Source: an uncultured Parcubacteria group bacterium
GTDB lineage: Bacteria; Patescibacteriota; Minisyncoccia; UBA6257; 2-01-FULL-56-20
Direction of reading: 5' to 3'
NCBI GenBank assembly: GCA_903911245.1
Contig: CAIWCR010000010.1
Span: 1-59,659, forward strand
Length of the DNA: 59,659 bases
The position numbers and the translations under genes are program-made. Positions 57,588 to 59,659 of the stretch are shown piece by piece (position 1 is the stretch's first letter; each line of letters begins with the position of its first letter). The notes beneath the pieces were generated by a model that was not told where the DNA came from, made no database searches, and saw only the letters and a list, made by a program, of their open reading frames with translations.

Positions 57588-58634
57588 TTACAAAATTTTC
57601 CCAATAACGCTAAAAAGATTTTGATTCGCGGTAATAAATACACCAATAATCACAACAAGCGATAATCCATTTGCGATAAGAATAGGATGCTGAATCCGTA
57701 TTTTAATAAAAATATTCAATGCAAGCGCGAATAAAAGAATGGCACATAAAATCATAAGGATGTAATCAAAAAAAGTATGCGGTGTCGCAGCAATCGTCTG
57801 TATAATATTCACCTCAGGAGCGATTTGCTTAGGAAGAATAGAAGTTACTGCCGATTCTTGCGTTCCAGAAGCAATAGCAATAACCGAAGGTGCCGTGGAA
57901 GAGAGCGTATTCATTGAAGCACCTTTTACTTCAGCAAACGTCTCCGTTGAAGAAAGATTTGCAGCTACTATCACCGGCTTGATAGCTGGCTTAGAAGCGA
58001 TTGTTTTTGGATGTTTCGTTGATGTCGTTGGCTTAACAAGCGCGAGCGTTACCGCCGGCACTACCGCAGGCGTTCCAAATTCCTGCACTACAAAAACAAC
58101 CTGCGAGCCTTCGTATGTTCCCATTGCCGTCGCAACACCGATTTCGGTAAATTTATTACTCAAAATATTCGCACGATGTTCGGGAGAATTCATCCACGCA
58201 TCGATAACATCTTTGGAATCCGAAAAATTAACGGCGAGATTTTCTCCTGCGGATGAAAAATCATAGCCTGCTTTCATAAACCAATACCATGGCGTGAATC
58301 CAGCGGGACTCGTATGTGCAAAATAACTTTTTTGCGCCATGTCATTCGCCTTCTCCTGGGCCGCTTCTTGAAGTAAAGGATTTATAGTAAGCGAAGAAAG
58401 TCCATTAGTAACTCTGTTGCTGTTCGTAAAATCAACTACCGTCGCCGGGAAAATAACACCCATCATTTTCGATTTCGGAAAAACAACAAACGCTTGAAAT
58501 AAAACAAAAAATTCGGCGGCAAATATCCACACGAGAAGAATCATTACTGTCCGCGGACGAAGAAAACGGGGGCGGTAATCATTGCCCTCATGAGGAATAA
58601 AATAATTTTTGAAAATTTTCGCGATCCTCGACAT
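57588..58634 (-). CDS. CAP (SCP) domain membrane protein
   Basis: AAQEKANDMAQKSYFAH, AGENLA and WMNSPEHRANIL motifs; N- and C-terminal TMs; start taken at MSRIAK. Confidence 0.92.
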   Translation of the reverse strand: MSRIAKIFKNYFIPHEGNDYRPRFLRPRTVMILLVWIFAAEFFVLFQAFVVFPKSKMMGVIFPATVVDFTNSNRVTNGLSSLTINPLLQEAAQEKANDMAQKSYFAHTSPAGFTPWYWFMKAGYDFSSAGENLAVNFSDSKDVIDAWMNSPEHRANILSNKFTEIGVATAMGTYEGSQVVFVVQEFGTPAVVPAVTLALVKPTTSTKHPKTIASKPAIKPVIVAANLSSTETFAEVKGASMNTLSSTAPSVIAIASGTQESAVTSILPKQIAPEVNIIQTIAATPHTFFDYILMILCAILLFALALNIFIKIRIQHPILIANGLSLVVIIGVFITANQNLFSVIGKIL

Positions 58635-58671
58635 GTTATTTAATGAATAAATTATACCATAAATCCAACAA

Positions 58672-58705
58672 AAACACAAACACCCCTTTCGGGGTGTTTG
58701 TGTTT
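58672..58705. terminator. Intrinsic terminator after the surface protein gene
   Basis: AAACACAAACACCCC-tttc-GGGGTGTTTGTGTTT hairpin. Confidence 0.7.
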
Positions 58706-58748
58706 CCTAGGCTCCTTCGTTAGTGACGAAAGAGTTCTGGATTTACCG

Positions 58749-59659
58749 TTACGGTAATGCCGGCATTGGGAGATTGAGCTCTGAACACATAAGTTCATTG
58801 ATCCATCTCTTCGTCGTCTTATAGACATAGCCGGTAGGCGTTGAGGAATTCGGGAGTCCATACGGAACCCATGGCGAAAGCACCATAGTTCCATATTTCA
58901 CCTGAAATTCCTTTACCGCATTGTAGGTGTTTGAATCATAGAACCCAGTAATGGGAAGATTTTTCCCAAGATTCATATTCAAGAACACTTGAAGCTTCAT
59001 AACTTCGGTCACGTCATTCTGCGCACCCAATTTGATATAGCTGCGAAGGTAAAGACCGCACGTTGTTGAAGCACCCAAGACTTGTCCCTGAACAAGTTCT
59101 ATCGAAGCATTCACCGTTCCGAGAATACTTCCCGTAGTCGAGCGGTATTGCGCGTACACCGTTTTCCTTCCCGCACCTGGAGTAAGAGTCCAAGGCATGG
59201 TCGTTGCATACGGTATCCACGTGGAGCTTGCAAAGTCGGGCGTGTTAGAAATTTTCATCGTGTAAGCTCCCGTTCCGTAGAGCGAAAGCATAACACTCGT
59301 CGTTGCGGTTTTTGCCGCACCGCCATTGATGGCTATTTCATACGCCGAACCGCCGCCGCCACTCGTTATCGTAACTCCTCCACCGCCGCCGCCACAATTA
59401 CTTGTGCAAACAGGCGTTACAGGATTTGGAACAGTGAAGGAAACACTCGAACCGTTATTTCCGGTATTTGAGTCCGTCGATGAGGATGTCTCATTGACAG
59501 TCGCCGCATTGGTAACGGTTATTCCATTTCCTGCGTTCACGGTTGCCGTGATCACAAGCGTTGCGGTTGAGCTTGCACTCATATCACCAATCGTCCATGT
59601 TCCGGTCGTTGAAGCATAGGATCCCTTGGTTGACGTTGCACTTACGAAGGTAACGCCAA
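58749..59659 (-). CDS. Surface protein, C-terminal part: DUF11-like Ig domain plus peptidoglycan-binding domain
   Basis: Frame open to the window end ([20 protein letters not shown]); DSNTGNN motif; [28 protein letters not shown]-binding motif. Confidence 0.82.
   Translation of the reverse strand, partial: GVTFVSATSTKGSYASTTGTWTIGDMSASSTATLVITATVNAGNGITVTNAATVNETSSSTDSNTGNNGSSVSFTVPNPVTPVCTSNCGGGGGGVTITSGGGGSAYEIAINGGAAKTATTSVMLSLYGTGAYTMKISNTPDFASSTWIPYATTMPWTLTPGAGRKTVYAQYRSTTGSILGTVNASIELVQGQVLGASTTCGLYLRSYIKLGAQNDVTEVMKLQVFLNMNLGKNLPITGFYDSNTYNAVKEFQVKYGTMVLSPWVPYGLPNSSTPTGYVYKTTKRWINELMCSELNLPMPALP

Overview
This ~59.7 kb bacterial window reads in the standard code; gene content and style suggest Patescibacteria/CPR (Parcubacteria-like), which is my inference. 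Positions 1-40.3 kb are mostly housekeeping: a prepilin start, tRNA-Glu/Val/Asn, mraZ-rsmH-ftsL-PBP-murF, rplJL with L10 leader, infC (probable ATA start), radC, a two-component pair, HtrA, NRAMP, glycosyltransferases, RNA-modifying enzymes, RNase H, pgk, a VirD4-like ATPase, ftsA/ftsZ, ybeY and rpsU. This part also holds an unusual SET/SET/DUF2156/ATP-grasp/GNAT cluster and an unexplained, self-promoted, highly structured ~315-nt RNA-like segment after infC. A ~12.9 kb large-serine-recombinase element is integrated in the 3' end of tRNA-Asn. I reconstruct its ends at a GAGC core (40328-40331 and 53202-53205). Integration swaps the recombinase C-terminus, and the displaced in-frame tail sits at the far end. 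The element carries replication/HTH genes, a RadC-methylase fusion, a Dam-like methylase, an AlwI-family nuclease, large membrane proteins and a tiny very acidic protein. Two single-gene modules follow, each closed by a decayed copy of the recombinase-tail/GAGC site, resembling a cassette array. The window ends with paralogous secreted fibre-like proteins, a CAP protein and a partial surface protein. REP-like palindromes recur in intergenic regions. All family calls come from motifs read by eye; no searches were run.
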